DNA of 64,000 bases from Mobula hypostoma. Its lineage: Eukaryota. Shown here piece after piece: positions 11,931 to 23,089 of the stretch. The stretch covers positions 15,316,001-15,380,000 of the forward strand of contig NC_086109.1 of NCBI RefSeq assembly GCF_963921235.1. The letters run 5' to 3'. The notes under the pieces were generated by a model. That model ran no database searches. It saw only the letters and a list, made by a program, of their open reading frames with translations, and was not told where the DNA came from. The first letter of the stretch is position 1. Each line of letters opens with the position of its first letter. The position numbers and the translations under genes are program-made.

Positions 11931-12719
11931 GGCTACGTCCACACTAGACCGGATAAATCTGTAACCGAAGCTTTTTCTCTTCGTTTTGACCCTTCGTCCA
12001 CACTGAAGCGGTGTTTACCTCCTCCGAAAACAGAGCTTTTCTAAAACGCTCTCCAGAGTGTTTAAATCTGAAAATGCTGGTTGGGCGTTGTAGTGTGTAC
12101 GGGGAACCAGAGGTTTTAAAAAACCTGTCGTCCCTTAGGTGAAGAGACTATGGCTGTAGGAAATGTTTCCAGGGTGACCCCTCTGTGGGAGTGGAGAAGA
12201 TGTTGGTGGGGCCACCCCGGGGTCTGTGTGTCCGTATGTGTATCTATTGTAGTGGCTGTGAGGCTGGTACTGTGGCGGTGAAAAGTACGGGGCGGGGGGA
12301 GCCATCATATTCCTCATCATTGCAAATCCCTCTGCAACAGGGTTAGTCAGTTTTTCAATGTTTGTCGTCAGCTGGGTCATACTGTCCGTGAACTCCTTGT
12401 TGGTTGCCTCCATACGCTCCAGTATTTGTTTTTTTTAGTTTTAAGTCCTCCTGCGCAAGAGCCAACAGCTGTCTGTCGTTTGGCAATTTCCTTTTACGTT
12501 TTTCTAGTCTGTAACTGGACAAACGTGCACCAAGTATACTGTTTCCTCTTCGCTCATTTTCTGTAGATATGTCCTGTGCATGCCCAGTAGGAGGAGATTC
12601 GCCCAAAAACCCGTTTTAATGTGGATGGAGGTATTTTCAAAAATGCCTGGTGCGGACACCTATCGTTTTTACGTGAAACTGGCGTTTTCAAAATTATCCG
12701 GTCTAGTGTGGACGTAGCC
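11931..12719 (-). mobile_element. PIF/Harbinger non-autonomous element retaining a coding remnant
   Basis: Perfect 26-bp TIR GGCTACGTCCACACTAGACCGGATAA; 3-bp TSD TCA (11928-11930 / 12720-12722); internal frameshifted ORF (12135-12606) KRKLPNDRQLLALAQEDLKLKK...MEATNKEFTDSMTQLTTNIEKLT. Confidence 0.85.
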
Positions 12720-13014
12720 TCAGTGAACACCATGTGAAGGATTTCAGCTGACTGACATGTCGCTTTCTCATGGTCTTAACAGCCGTTTGATGTTGATAGG
12801 CAGTAATGGCAGGTGACAGCTTATAGTTGGTTAAGCAGCTTTTTTATGCAAAGTCCTATACACAGCCACAGCTGACATTAGTGTCAACCATATCCAAATA
12901 TGTGCACTCTCTGCTTTCTACCACAATCTATTTCATTTCTCTCTTTATTTAAGATGGGAACTTCCATTAATTAGTTAATTCTCTATTACCCACACATGTT
13001 AAATTACTTCACAG

Positions 13015-13487
13015 TTAGGCTGCTCCAGTTTCCTCCCACCACTCAAAGACTTACCGGTTAGTAGGTTAATTGGCCCATGGGTTTAACTGGGCAGTGTGGG
13101 TTCATTGGACAGGTAGGACCTGTTTGTCACGTACCCCTGTGCTCTTCTATTTGTTATTTGTTTCCTTATTTAGACTTACTAAGCCCTTCTGCTTTCTGAT
13201 TAATCCTGTCAAGTTTATTTTGACTAGCGTGGGTTTTCAGCCTACTGCGCTTATTTAAAGCGGCCTCCCAGTTAGCGCAGATTGCGGGGTCCTTGTCTTG
13301 TGGATGATTCAACTTGTGGTGTCGCTCGGTGAAGCTCGGTTCATTTGGAATTCCTATGAACAAACACTTGTTTCTGTCTCACCACGGGAGTCTATTGTTC
13401 TTCTGCACCTAGATTCAGTCGTCTATCAGTGCACACCGTGACATTCTTCCGTGCTGTAACTCTAAGTAATAAAAATAAAAAATAAAG
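13015..13487 (+). mobile_element. 3' half of a V-SINE interrupted by a solo LTR
   Basis: TGCTCCAGTTTCCTCCCAC...AAAGAC...GGTTAATTGG; tail CCGTGCTGTAACTCTAA resumes after 13443. Confidence 0.7.
13125..13443. mobile_element. Solo LTR
   Basis: Terminal inverted TGTCACG...CGTGACA; cleanly interrupts a SINE; TATTTAAAG internal; TSD degenerate. Confidence 0.75.
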
Positions 13488-13594
13488 ATTGAATTAATGT
13501 CCAGTTTAAACCACCACTGAAACAAAACAAACTTGAAACAAGGAACATTTACATGATGAGTTCCTCCGGCATTTTGTGTGTGTTATATTTATAT

Positions 13595-14170
13595 TTCGTC
13601 CAAAATGTATGCTGAGTTCAAGATGGATGTGTTAGAAATAACTATGTGGTTTTTTGTTAATGTAGGGAGATAGGAGTGAAGAAACTATTGACATTTTTTT
13701 GACTGTCATTGGCTTTTAAACCCTTGATTACACATAGGAGTCAGTGGGTGAAGTCTGTGCCAGTGGTGTAGTGGCATCTGCACCAGACTTCAGAGCAGGA
13801 GGTCTCAGGTTCCAATCCGGCTGGCTCCTTGCACAAGTTTTACCCGTGCTGGGTTGAGCGTCGAGTTAGCAACTTGGCCTCGTAAAACACTGAAGAAATG
13901 GCAAGGTTGCTGCCATGAGCCAGATTGGGGGGTACCAGGAGGAACTTGGTGGGTGACAGATAGATTTGCAATTGGAGTGACATCTGGATGGGTTTTGGAA
14001 TTGGTTCTACTGGAAGAAGTTCCTGAATCTAAATATGTGTCCAGTTTCAAGAATCTTATATTGGATGTAACAAGCAGAATAGAGGAATATTGAGGCTTAT
14101 CATGGATTGATCTGCTTAGGCTCCGGTTGGCATGATCAAATTATGTAACTGATTCCATATGACATCAATT
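13595..14170 (+). repeat. Local duplicated segment, copy A (copy B at 16385-16870)
   Basis: Collinear blocks CAAAATG.ATG.TGAGTTCAAGA.GGATGTGT.AGAAATAAC, GTGGGTGA..GATAGATTTG.AATT, TGTCCAGTTTCAAGAATCTTATATTG and TGATCAAATTATG. Confidence 0.85.
13752..13948 (+). mobile_element. tRNA-headed SINE with RTE-like body and tail
   Basis: TGGTGTAGTGG A box and GGTTCCAATCC B box; GGGTTGAGCGTCGAGTTAGCAAC...CGTAAAA; TSD GTGGGTGA (13744-13751 / 13949-13956). Confidence 0.7.
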
Positions 14171-14379
14171 AGGTGCCATCTAATGGCAGGAGATCAATAT
14201 TACACTAACGTTTATTTTATTTACAAGCTGTCTTCTTTGCCTGTTGATGTTTCCTATAGTGTTCAGTTTAAATGCCACGTCTCCTGTGGTTGTGCTAACT
14301 GCAAGCCGGGTATTCAAAATGTTAACAAGAAATTACTGTCCTTATGTGAAAAAAAGGATTCCCTCAAACCCTGAAGTTA

Positions 14380-15465
14380 GAGGTCAGGCCTCTGCATCAC
14401 AATCAAAGTCTAGTGATGTTGGCAAGGGGACAAAGGTGATCCAGGGTCTAGGCCTCTGCCCCTGCGCTCAAAAGCCAGTGATGTGGACAAGCGATGAAGG
14501 CCATCCGTGGATGTCCGTCTATCCCAGCTTGGTGGGTCCCAGGATTGGATGTCTGTATGAGCAGGGAGCACAAGGGCCAGTCAGTCAGCGAGCCTGTAGC
14601 TGGAGCCTGGAGTTCAGGGTCTCATCGTTGTCAAGTCCAAGATCGAAGCCCGAAGGTTGAAGACTGGAGACTGGAGGCCTGTCCTAAAGGCCTGGGTGGG
14701 AGGGTGGGAAGGAAGAAAGGGGCTTATTCTGCTCTTGCTGTTTGGTTGTTTGCCTATGTTCAGTTTTGTTGTGTACTGCATTTTCTGCCGAACATGGTGG
14801 GCACGCTATGTTGACACCAGAATGTGTGGCGACACCAACGGGCATCCCCCAGCACATGCGGGTATGTTGGTTGCTAATGCAAATTATTACATTTCATAGT
14901 ATGTTTCCATGTACAGTACTGTGCAAAAGTCTTAGGCACATATACGTAGCCAGGGTACCTAAGACTTGCACAGTGCTGTAGTAATTTTATGTATTGCACC
15001 GAACTGCTGCAAAAAAAAAACATGGCATTCTGTATGTGAGTGATGATAAACCTGATTCTGAAATGGGTCCCTGTTGTGGACTGAGAATGAGAAGTGGGCA
15101 GGGAAAGAGGAATCATGGTTGGAAAAAAGGGAAGGGAGAGGGGAGGGAGCAGGAAGCACCAGACGCATTCTGTCATGATGAATAAACCAATTGTTTGGAA
15201 TCAAATGACCTTGCGTGATGTCTCAGAGCTGGGTGTTTCTGCACCAGTGCCCTCCCCCGCCCTGGCACTCCTTGCCTGCCATACCTCTCCCACACCCTTC
15301 CCGTGGCGCTCCACCCTCAACATTCCCAACATCCTTTGCTCCCGCCAGATTTGCAAATCACTCTCCGCTCCACGTTGACAAATCCAGGACTGTGTAAAAA
15401 TCTTAGGCACCCTAGCTATATATACACAGTAGTGTCCATGTGATAAGTAAATCTGAATCTGAAGA
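14380..15465 (+). mobile_element. Non-coding retroposon with shared GGGCATGCTATGTTGG...GCATTTCACTG...TCTGAA tail, interrupted by a MITE
   Basis: Homologous to 31560-32005 and 57240-57885; tail resumes at 15435. Confidence 0.65.
14914..15434. mobile_element. Tc1/mariner-type MITE with hairpin termini
   Basis: TA insertion; TIR CAGTACTGTGCAAAAGTCTTAGGCAC forms a palindrome at 14914-14978 and an inverted, partly deleted palindrome at 15385-15434. Confidence 0.75.
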
Positions 15466-16384
15466 TCCAGATTGGAATGCACAATAATAATCCTTCCCAA
15501 ACCACACTGCCTCTGGTGACATACGAGAGCTAACATCACAACCAAGCATGCACACAATTGGTAGAGAGAACATGAACTTCCAGAGGTATTAAAATAAAGA
15601 ACTACAAACAGAGGTCACTATTGTGTCTCACTTTCATCAACAGCATTTATTTTTATTTATTTAGAGATATAACAAGGAACAGGCCTTCCTGCCTAATGAC
15701 TCCTCCTGCCCAGCAATCCACTGATTAAACCCCAGCAAAATCACAGGACAATTTACAATGACAAGTTAACCTACTAACTGGTACTTTTTTGGAATACTGT
15801 ATTTAATACTTAATCAATTTCTATAAGCTATATTTAACAAAATCATAGTCATTACATAACAGGCTCACTTGCGGTATGTATACAAGGCATGAACCCTTCA
15901 GGTATGTTGGTTATGTGACATATTGGCTTCTGATGCTATTTGGACGTTTAATTTGAGAATAGATGATAATATATTTTTAGGAATAATTTCCACTGAGAGA
16001 GATAACCGCTCGTTATTTCCGTTCAGATTGGTTACTATTTTATTATGTGGATCTTTTTTTCAATTATCTGGTTCTAGAACTTTCAATTGTGTCATGAATT
16101 AGTTATTCAATCTGAGCGTGGTCGCACCACAGACAAGATAAATGGCCAGCTGAAAATTCATGCTAAAGATCAACCTAGTCACGCTGAGGAGGCAATCCAT
16201 TTCATTTCAGCTCTCAAGTGATAGAAGAACACTATTCCAGAGTACAGTGAAAAGGTAAATTATTTTCCACTGTAGTTTGCTCCTCAGAATGGCGTTGGAG
16301 AAGATGCAAAAATGACTTTCAAGTTTGAAGCCCTCTCACTTCTAATTACAATCAGAAAAGACCAAGCAGACGAAGGTTCTTTTC

Positions 16385-16870
16385 TTTTAGTTCAAAATGC
16401 ATGTTGAGTTCAAGAGGGATGTGTAAGAAATAACGACTGTATATAGTTTAATATTAATGTAGAAAGATAAAAGTGAGGAAATTATTGGCAATATTTTTGA
16501 CTGACGTGGGCTGGTGAACACTTGCTTAAACATAAAAGTTGGTGGGTGAGGGATAGATTTGAAATTAGAAATAGACTGGCAATGAGTTAGACCATGAGAA
16601 ATGGGAGCAGAATTATGCCATTCAGCCCATCGAGTCAGATTTGCCATTCAATGAAGACTGATTTATTATCTCTCTCAATCCCATTTTCCTGCCTTCTCCC
16701 CAAAACTTTTGATGCCCTTACTATAGGAAATCCCTGAACCTGAATGCATGTCCAGTTTCAAGAATCTTATATTGCATGTAGCAAGCAGAACTGAGCAAGT
16801 AAGTAGGTTTGTCATTGATTTATCTCCCTAGTTTTTGGATGGCCTGATCAAATTATGGATGAACTCATAT
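16385..16870 (+). repeat. Local duplicated segment, copy B, with a CR1 tail (-) inserted at ~16590-16722
   Basis: Collinear with 13595-14170. Confidence 0.85.
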
Positions 16871-17340
16871 CTAAGAAAGGATGTGCTGGCATTGGAGAAG
16901 GTCTGGAGGAGGTTTACAAGAATGAGTCTGGAAATGAAAGGGTTACTGTATGAGGGGCCTTTGATGACTGGGTTTATACATGCTGAAGAATGGAGGGGGG
17001 GTTATCTAATTGAAGCTTATGGAATATTCAAAAATCTAGATAGAGTAGACATAGAGAGGATGTTTCCAATGGAGGGAATGTCTAGAACTAGAGACACAGC
17101 CTCCAACTAAAGGACATCCCTTTAGTACAGAGATTAGGAGGAATTTCTTTATCTAGAGGGCGGTGAATCTGTGGAACGCATTACCACAGAAGGCTGTGGA
17201 GGCCAAATCATTCGATATATTTAAAGTGAAGTTTGATAGGTTCTTTATTAGTAAGGGCATCAGCAGTTTTGGGGAGAAGGCAGGGGAATGGGATTGAGAG
17301 GGAGACTTGATGGCTGAATAGCCTAATTTTGCTCCTATGT
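16866..17340 (+). mobile_element. CR1 3' fragment
   Basis: YLRKDVLALEKVWRRFTRM; CR1 3' UTR ending GCTCCTATGT. Confidence 0.9.
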
Positions 17341-17917
17341 CATCAACTTTTTAAGAAGCACGAGGAAGGGAACTATTTTTAAGATTATGAGTACATTTGG
17401 AAGGATAGATATAGAGAAAATGTAAATCCATCAGTGATGTGCATGTATCAGTGATTTAAATAACTAAAGCATCTAATTAGGATGCTAGCTGATATATAAA
17501 TATTGAACGAGATTTGGGGAAACCTTCCCTGGTCTTCTGATGTGAGAACTTTTACAAAGCTGTGTAACAATAGATGGAATTGAGTGTCACGTCTTTAAAA
17601 TAAGCACTGGGAGTGCTTATCGAGCATCAAAAGTTAATTGAAGTGTAAACCTAGTAACAGACTGACGTTTCTGGGTTGGTGTTTGAACTCTAAACCTTCT
17701 TTGGTGTTATTTGCTCCATTGTGTCTTTAGGACAACAATCCAATCAGTCCCATTTTCTGCTCCTTTCATGAGTCCTGTGTATTTCCCATTGCAAGTACTA
17801 TCTTGTGCATTCCTTCCCATTGAATCTGCTTCAACACCCATTTTGCGTTATACCTTTTAGATTATTGAAATCTGTTTTGTAATTTTTTTTTCCTTTTCTC
17901 ACCTTTTGATCTTTTGG

Positions 17918-18372
17918 CAAGTACCTTATATTCCGTCTGGGGAACCTCCAACATAATGGGGCGAACATTGATTTCTCAAACTTCTGGTAATTGGCCCCCC
18001 CTTCTCCATTCCCCATTCCCTTTTTCCTCTCTCACCTTATCCCCTTACCTGCCCATCACCTCCCTCTGGTTCTCCTTCCTCTTTTCTTTCTTTCACGGCC
18101 TTCTGTCCTCTCCTATCAGATTCCCCCTTCTCCAGCCCTTTCTCTCTTTCACTAATCGTCTTCCCAGCTCTTTACTTCACCCCTCCCCCTCTCCTGGTTT
18201 AACTTATCACCTAATACCTTGAATTTCTACCGACCCTCCCCCTACCTTCTTACTCAGACTTCTCATCTTTCTTTCCAGTCCCGATGAAGGGTCTCGGCCC
18301 GAGTTCACTGTTAACTCTTGTCCATAGATGATGCCTGACCGGCTGACTTCCTCCAGCATTTTGTGTGTTACC
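17918..18372 (+). mobile_element. Penelope-like element 3' end (GIY-YIG C-terminus plus pseudo-LTR)
   Basis: YLIFRLGNLQHNGANIDFSNFW*; pyrimidine tract; degenerate hammerhead CAGTC-CCGATGA-AGGGTCTCGGCCC-GAG. Confidence 0.8.
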
Positions 18373-18659
18373 TTAATTCTGTGACCTTTTGTTTTTCTTC
18401 ACCTACTTAATGACCTCTTTTCAGACCTAGCAGTTCTTTCCTTAACCTTCCCAAGTCAACATCAGTTTCTTAGCAATGATAGAGAAGAATAGATAGAACA
18501 GGTTTCAAAATCACTGGCCGTTGTTACCATTGTTGAATGAATAAGGCCATACCATGAATTCAGGGCACCGAGCTACTGGAATATTGTCAAGGCTTTGGAG
18601 AGCTTGAAATGGTGAATTACCAGTGAATGAAGAGTTTAATTTACATGAATTAAATGTTA

Positions 18660-18935
18660 AAGATTAATTGTATTTGTCACATGTACATTAAAACATCAAA
18701 GCATGCAGTAAAATGCCTCGTTTGCGTCAATGACCAAAGGTGTCCTAGGGTGAGCTGAAGGCAGCTCGCAAGCGTCACCATGCTTCTGTCGTCTACATAC
18801 ATGCCCACAATTTACGAACTCTGACCTGTATATCTTTGGAATGTGTGTGGAAACTGGAGCACTCAGAGGAAACCCACGTAGTTATGGGGAGAAGTATAAA
18901 CTTCTTACAGACAGTGGTGGGAATTGAACCCCCAT
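18660..18935 (-). mobile_element. V-SINE with alternative tail (also 22040-22252 +, 34860-35172 -, 38725-39042 -)
   Basis: V core (GAGGAAACCCACG...GGGAGAA) joined to the GCATTT.ACTGCATG...GATGTACATGTGACAAATA tail. Confidence 0.7.
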
Positions 18936-19418
18936 CATGATTTCTCTCTGGATCTCTGGAGAAGTGCAAGATTTCAAAGGAGGTGAGGGAGGATAAAACA
19001 GACATTCAAAACCATGAGGAGTGTTAAGACAGAATGGAGAAGGAAGAGTCATTATTAGTGGTAAGGATCTATTAAGCATAAGACAACTGGCAAAAATCCC
19101 AAAAGAAAGTATTTTGTTTTTGGGCAATGTTCCCATTATGTTTAGAATATACTGGCTGAACAATCAGTGGAAACATTCAACAGCAATTTTCAAAAAAGGG
19201 AATTGGATTACATATTTAAAAAGCGGATATCTTCAAGGCTGAAAAAAGAGAACAGCGAGACTTAAATGTGACCAGAACACAAGAAAATAGGAACAGGTGT
19301 AGGTCAATAGGTCTGCCCTGCCTTTTAATATAGTCATGGCTGATCTATGCTAGCCTTAACTCCTCTTCTCTACCAGTTCCCCATAAATCTTTAATTCCTC
19401 AATTTCATTTTTTAAATA

Positions 19419-19965
19419 CACTCATTGACCACTTTATCCTCTACCTCCACTGCCTAATAAAGGGGCACTGAGTGTACGTTTGTGGTTTTCTGCTGCTCCA
19501 GCCCATCCACTTCAAGGTTTGGTGCGTTGTGCATTAAGAGAAGCTTTTTTGCACAGCACTGTTGCAAAACGTGGTTATTTGAGTTTCTGTCACCTTCCTG
19601 TCAGCTTAAACCATCTGGCCATTCCCTCACTCGTTAACAAGGCTCTTTCACCCACAGAACTGCCACTCACTGGATACTTTTTGTTTCTGGCACCATTCTT
19701 TGTAAACTGAAAATCCCAGGAGTTCAGCAATTTCTGAGATACTCAAACCACTCCACCTGGCACCTTTAATTATTCAATGGTCAAACTCACTCAGCTCACA
19801 CTTCTTCCTCATTCTGATGTTTGATCTGAACAACAAATGAACCTCTTGACCGTGTCAGCATGCTTTAATGCATTGAGATGCTGTCGCATGATTGGCTGAT
19901 TAGATATTTTCATTTGCATTAACAAACAGATGTACAGGTGTACCTAATGAAGTGGCCAATGAGTG
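19419..19965 (-). mobile_element. Tc1 deletion derivative with double-TIR end
   Basis: TA on both sides; TIRs at 19419, ~19453-19474 (inverted) and ~19943-19965; same transposase remnant as 10596. Confidence 0.9.
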
Positions 19966-20504
19966 TAAGATTCTGTAATTCTATGTGCATGAACATGCTG
20001 AAAAGCTAGATTGATGTTCATGACTAGGCTTACAAGTAAGTGTCACAGTAGTATTCAACAGAAAGGTGCTGAGAGTCAATCTATTTCTTGTTTTTATCTG
20101 GCATCAGGAGTAGAAGCTGTCTTCTCCCTGATCAGGGTGTGCAGTCAATTGTAGCAACCACCCTGATGACTGGTTAACTCAACGCAGATAAAAGAGATTG
20201 AACCTGTTCACAGATTTGTGTAAGTTCCAGATTTTCACTGGATAAACTTAATTGGATCACTGGATAAGTTCAGACTTACTTTATCTGTTTAGAGTCAGTG
20301 CTTTCTAAAGTACTGCTCTACTGGATTCTAAAGTACTGCTCAACTGAACTGTGGCAAAGAAGAAACCCTGGTCCTTCCAGCAGAGTACAGTTATGTTTAA
20401 CTTACTCCTTTGTAGCTGGGAAAATGCACATGATCTCTGTGGTTTACCTTCAGAAAAAACTACCTTTTTTACAATCTGATAACAACAGTGGAACTCATCC
20501 AGGC

Positions 20505-20838
20505 GTCATACATCACTAAGATTACCCAGGACATGCAGTCTTCTCATTACTGCCCTCAGGAAGCAGATGCAGGAGCCTGAAGACACACACTCAATGCTTC
20601 AGGAACAGCTTCTTCCCCTCTGCCATCAGATGTCTAAATGATCAATGAACCAATTCATGGACACTACCTCACCTTTTTTGCTCTCTTTTGGCATTACTTA
20701 CTTAATTTAATTTTTAATATTTATTTTTATTGTAACGTATTATATTTTTTATATATTGCAATGTACTGCTACTGTAAAACAACAAATTTCATGACATATC
20801 TCAGTGGTATTAAACCAGCTTCCAATTCTGATTCTGAA
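20505..20838 (+). mobile_element. Rex/Babar 3' end
   Basis: FSLLPSGSR.RSLKTHTQCFRNSFFPSAIR; (TTCTGA)n tail. Confidence 0.85.
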
Positions 20839-20914
20839 ATGAATGTTTATTGATTTGAAGTTTCCACTGGTTTTAACCCATTTCATATCTTTTATATCCC
20901 CTTCTATCTACCAC

Positions 20915-21292
20915 TGGTTGGCAGGATGGAGATATGTCTTTATCAAGGGAGGTGTAAGGTGCTCCTTCCCTCTGCTACCCAGCAGGTCACCCTGGGCAAT
21001 GTGTAGCACCTGCTTAGCCTCCCCCTTGCCCCCGATCAGGGTTACGTGAAACCATGGGAGCAGGTGGTGGATGGCCGTATGAGCAGCCGGTGCGTATCAC
21101 AGGTTCTGGTTATGCCAAGCAGACAATCTCTGTAGAGTATTGAGAATGGTTATGTCACCCATCTTGTAAAGACACTGCCCAGAAGAAGGCAATGCCAAAC
21201 CACTTCTACAGAAAAATTTGCCAGGAACAATCATGGTATGGAAAGACCATGATTGCCCACGTCATATGACATGGCACATAATGAACGAACAA
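20915..21292 (+). mobile_element. Bipartite RTE/BovB-related non-autonomous element (also 25168-25510 +, 37303-37660 -)
   Basis: GAAGAAGGCAATG(G)CAAACCACTTCT...TTGCCA.GAACAATCATGG (Bov-A/Sauria-SINE-like motif) and RTE-type tail ATGAT.GCCCACGTCAT..GACA.GGCACATAATGA. Confidence 0.7.
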
Positions 21293-22524
21293 ATATCTAC
21301 CACATGAAGAGTATGGTAATTGATTTACAATATCAAGCATCAATGCCCAGCAAACATTGGTTACATGCACAATGTACAATAGTTATCTTCCCTCTCTGAA
21401 TATTATGGGATGGTTGTTATGCAGTACTCAAGCCTGGTTTTATAATGTCACTGGAACCAGCAACTTGTATTTGGGGTTGATCCGAATTGATTCTAGCCAA
21501 CCCAGGCTAATTCACCATATGGGCCTTTCCTTTATCTCCTTTTTACAATATCACTTTACATTATCTTGTAACCTATCACAAAGTTGTTGGAGTTTGCTGT
21601 TTGCAGGGTTTGGCTCAATGATGGTTGTCTCACCTCTCTAGACGGTCACTTCTGTGCACTTTTGGGGACTGTTGAGATTGGTATACTGATAAACAAATGA
21701 ACATTAGAAGTGGAAGCAGGAATGGACCATGGAGCTTGGAGTCTGATCTACCATTGGGTGTGATTTAGACCATGGGGCTTGGAGGCTCATCTGGCATGGG
21801 TAAGATCATTAATGATCCCGTACCTCAACAAATTTCCATTCAAACAAAATTTCCTTGATCCCCAGTGCCCAAAACTGTAGCAGTCTCAGCTTTGAATATG
21901 CTTAACAACTGCATTTCTTTAAGCCAGAGTATTCCAAATGTTTATAATCCTTCTTATGTTCCTGCATGCTAATAAACAAATCAAAGCCATGGCAAATCAC
22001 TAGTGAAGTAACTTCAGGGGCTGGTGTTGTGAATGCTGCTCTTACCGTGGGTTTTCCCTGGGTGCTCCGTTCTCCTCCCACATTCCAAAGTGATACGGGT
22101 TAGGGTTAGTAAACTGTGGGCCTGCTACGTTGCAGCTGGAAGCATGGTGACAGTTACTCCCAGCACATTCTCGGACTGTGTTGCTTATTGACGCAAATCA
22201 ATGCATTTCACTGCATGTTTTGAAGTCCATGAGACAAATGAAGCTAATCTTTAAACAGCCAATACACAGGTTTTCAAAGGTGAAAAGATGTTGAGAAATC
22301 TTTTGAAAACATTTTCAAAGGCCCATAGGATCTTTAGCCTTCCAAGTGGAAGTGCCAGGAATGGCTGTTACCTGGGCTTGCATAATATGCTGTGTGGGTC
22401 CCAGCTGAGGTCATCTACTAGACACTACATTTTTGGAATGATGTCAAAATCTTAGCGATGGCGCAGAAGAAGTGTCCTGGAATAGTCCCAAAGATAGAAG
22501 AAGCAACCTTTCTTTTGAAGAAAC

Positions 22525-22910
22525 AATCCCTCTGCATTTGTATCCTTGACTTCCTTACAATCAATGCATATCATCTCCTTCTCACTAACCACGAATATAG
22601 GCACACCTCGGGGCTGCATGCTGAACCCCCTGCTCTCTATACCTATGACAGTGTCACTAAGCCTGGCTGCAACACCAACTACAGACTCACTGATAGCATC
22701 ACTGCTGTTGGCAGAATTGTCAGAGAGGATGAGGTGGCGTTCCGGAGTGAAGTAGGTCAGCTAGTTGAGTGGTATCGTAACAACAAAATTGAGCTCAACA
22801 TTAGCACAACCAAGGAACTAATTGTGGACTTTAGGAAGGGGGAAGTCAAGTGAGCACTCCCCGGTCCTCACTGAAGGGACTGCACTGGACTGAGTGAGCA
22901 GCTTCGAATA
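22525..22910 (+). mobile_element. Rex/Babar RT fragment
   Basis: TNIGTPRGCMLNPLL; LVEWYRNNKIELNISTTKELIVDFRK. Confidence 0.85.
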
Positions 22911-22931
22911 CCCAACTTTCCAGGAGAACTA

Positions 22932-23085
22932 CAGTATTGTGCAGAAGTCCTTATATATATACATACATACATATATATTCTGGCAGGTGCAAAGGATGTT
23001 TGAATGGTGAGGGTGGAGCACTGCGGGAGGGAGACAGGTGATAGAGAAGGAGTGCAGACATACCCAACCCTGAAATATTAGACAA
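22932..23085 (-). mobile_element. Partial second copy of the 14914-15434 MITE
   Basis: TA-CAGTATTGTGCAGAAGTC followed by the reverse complement of 15210-15350. Confidence 0.65.
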
Positions 23086-23089
23086 GGCC

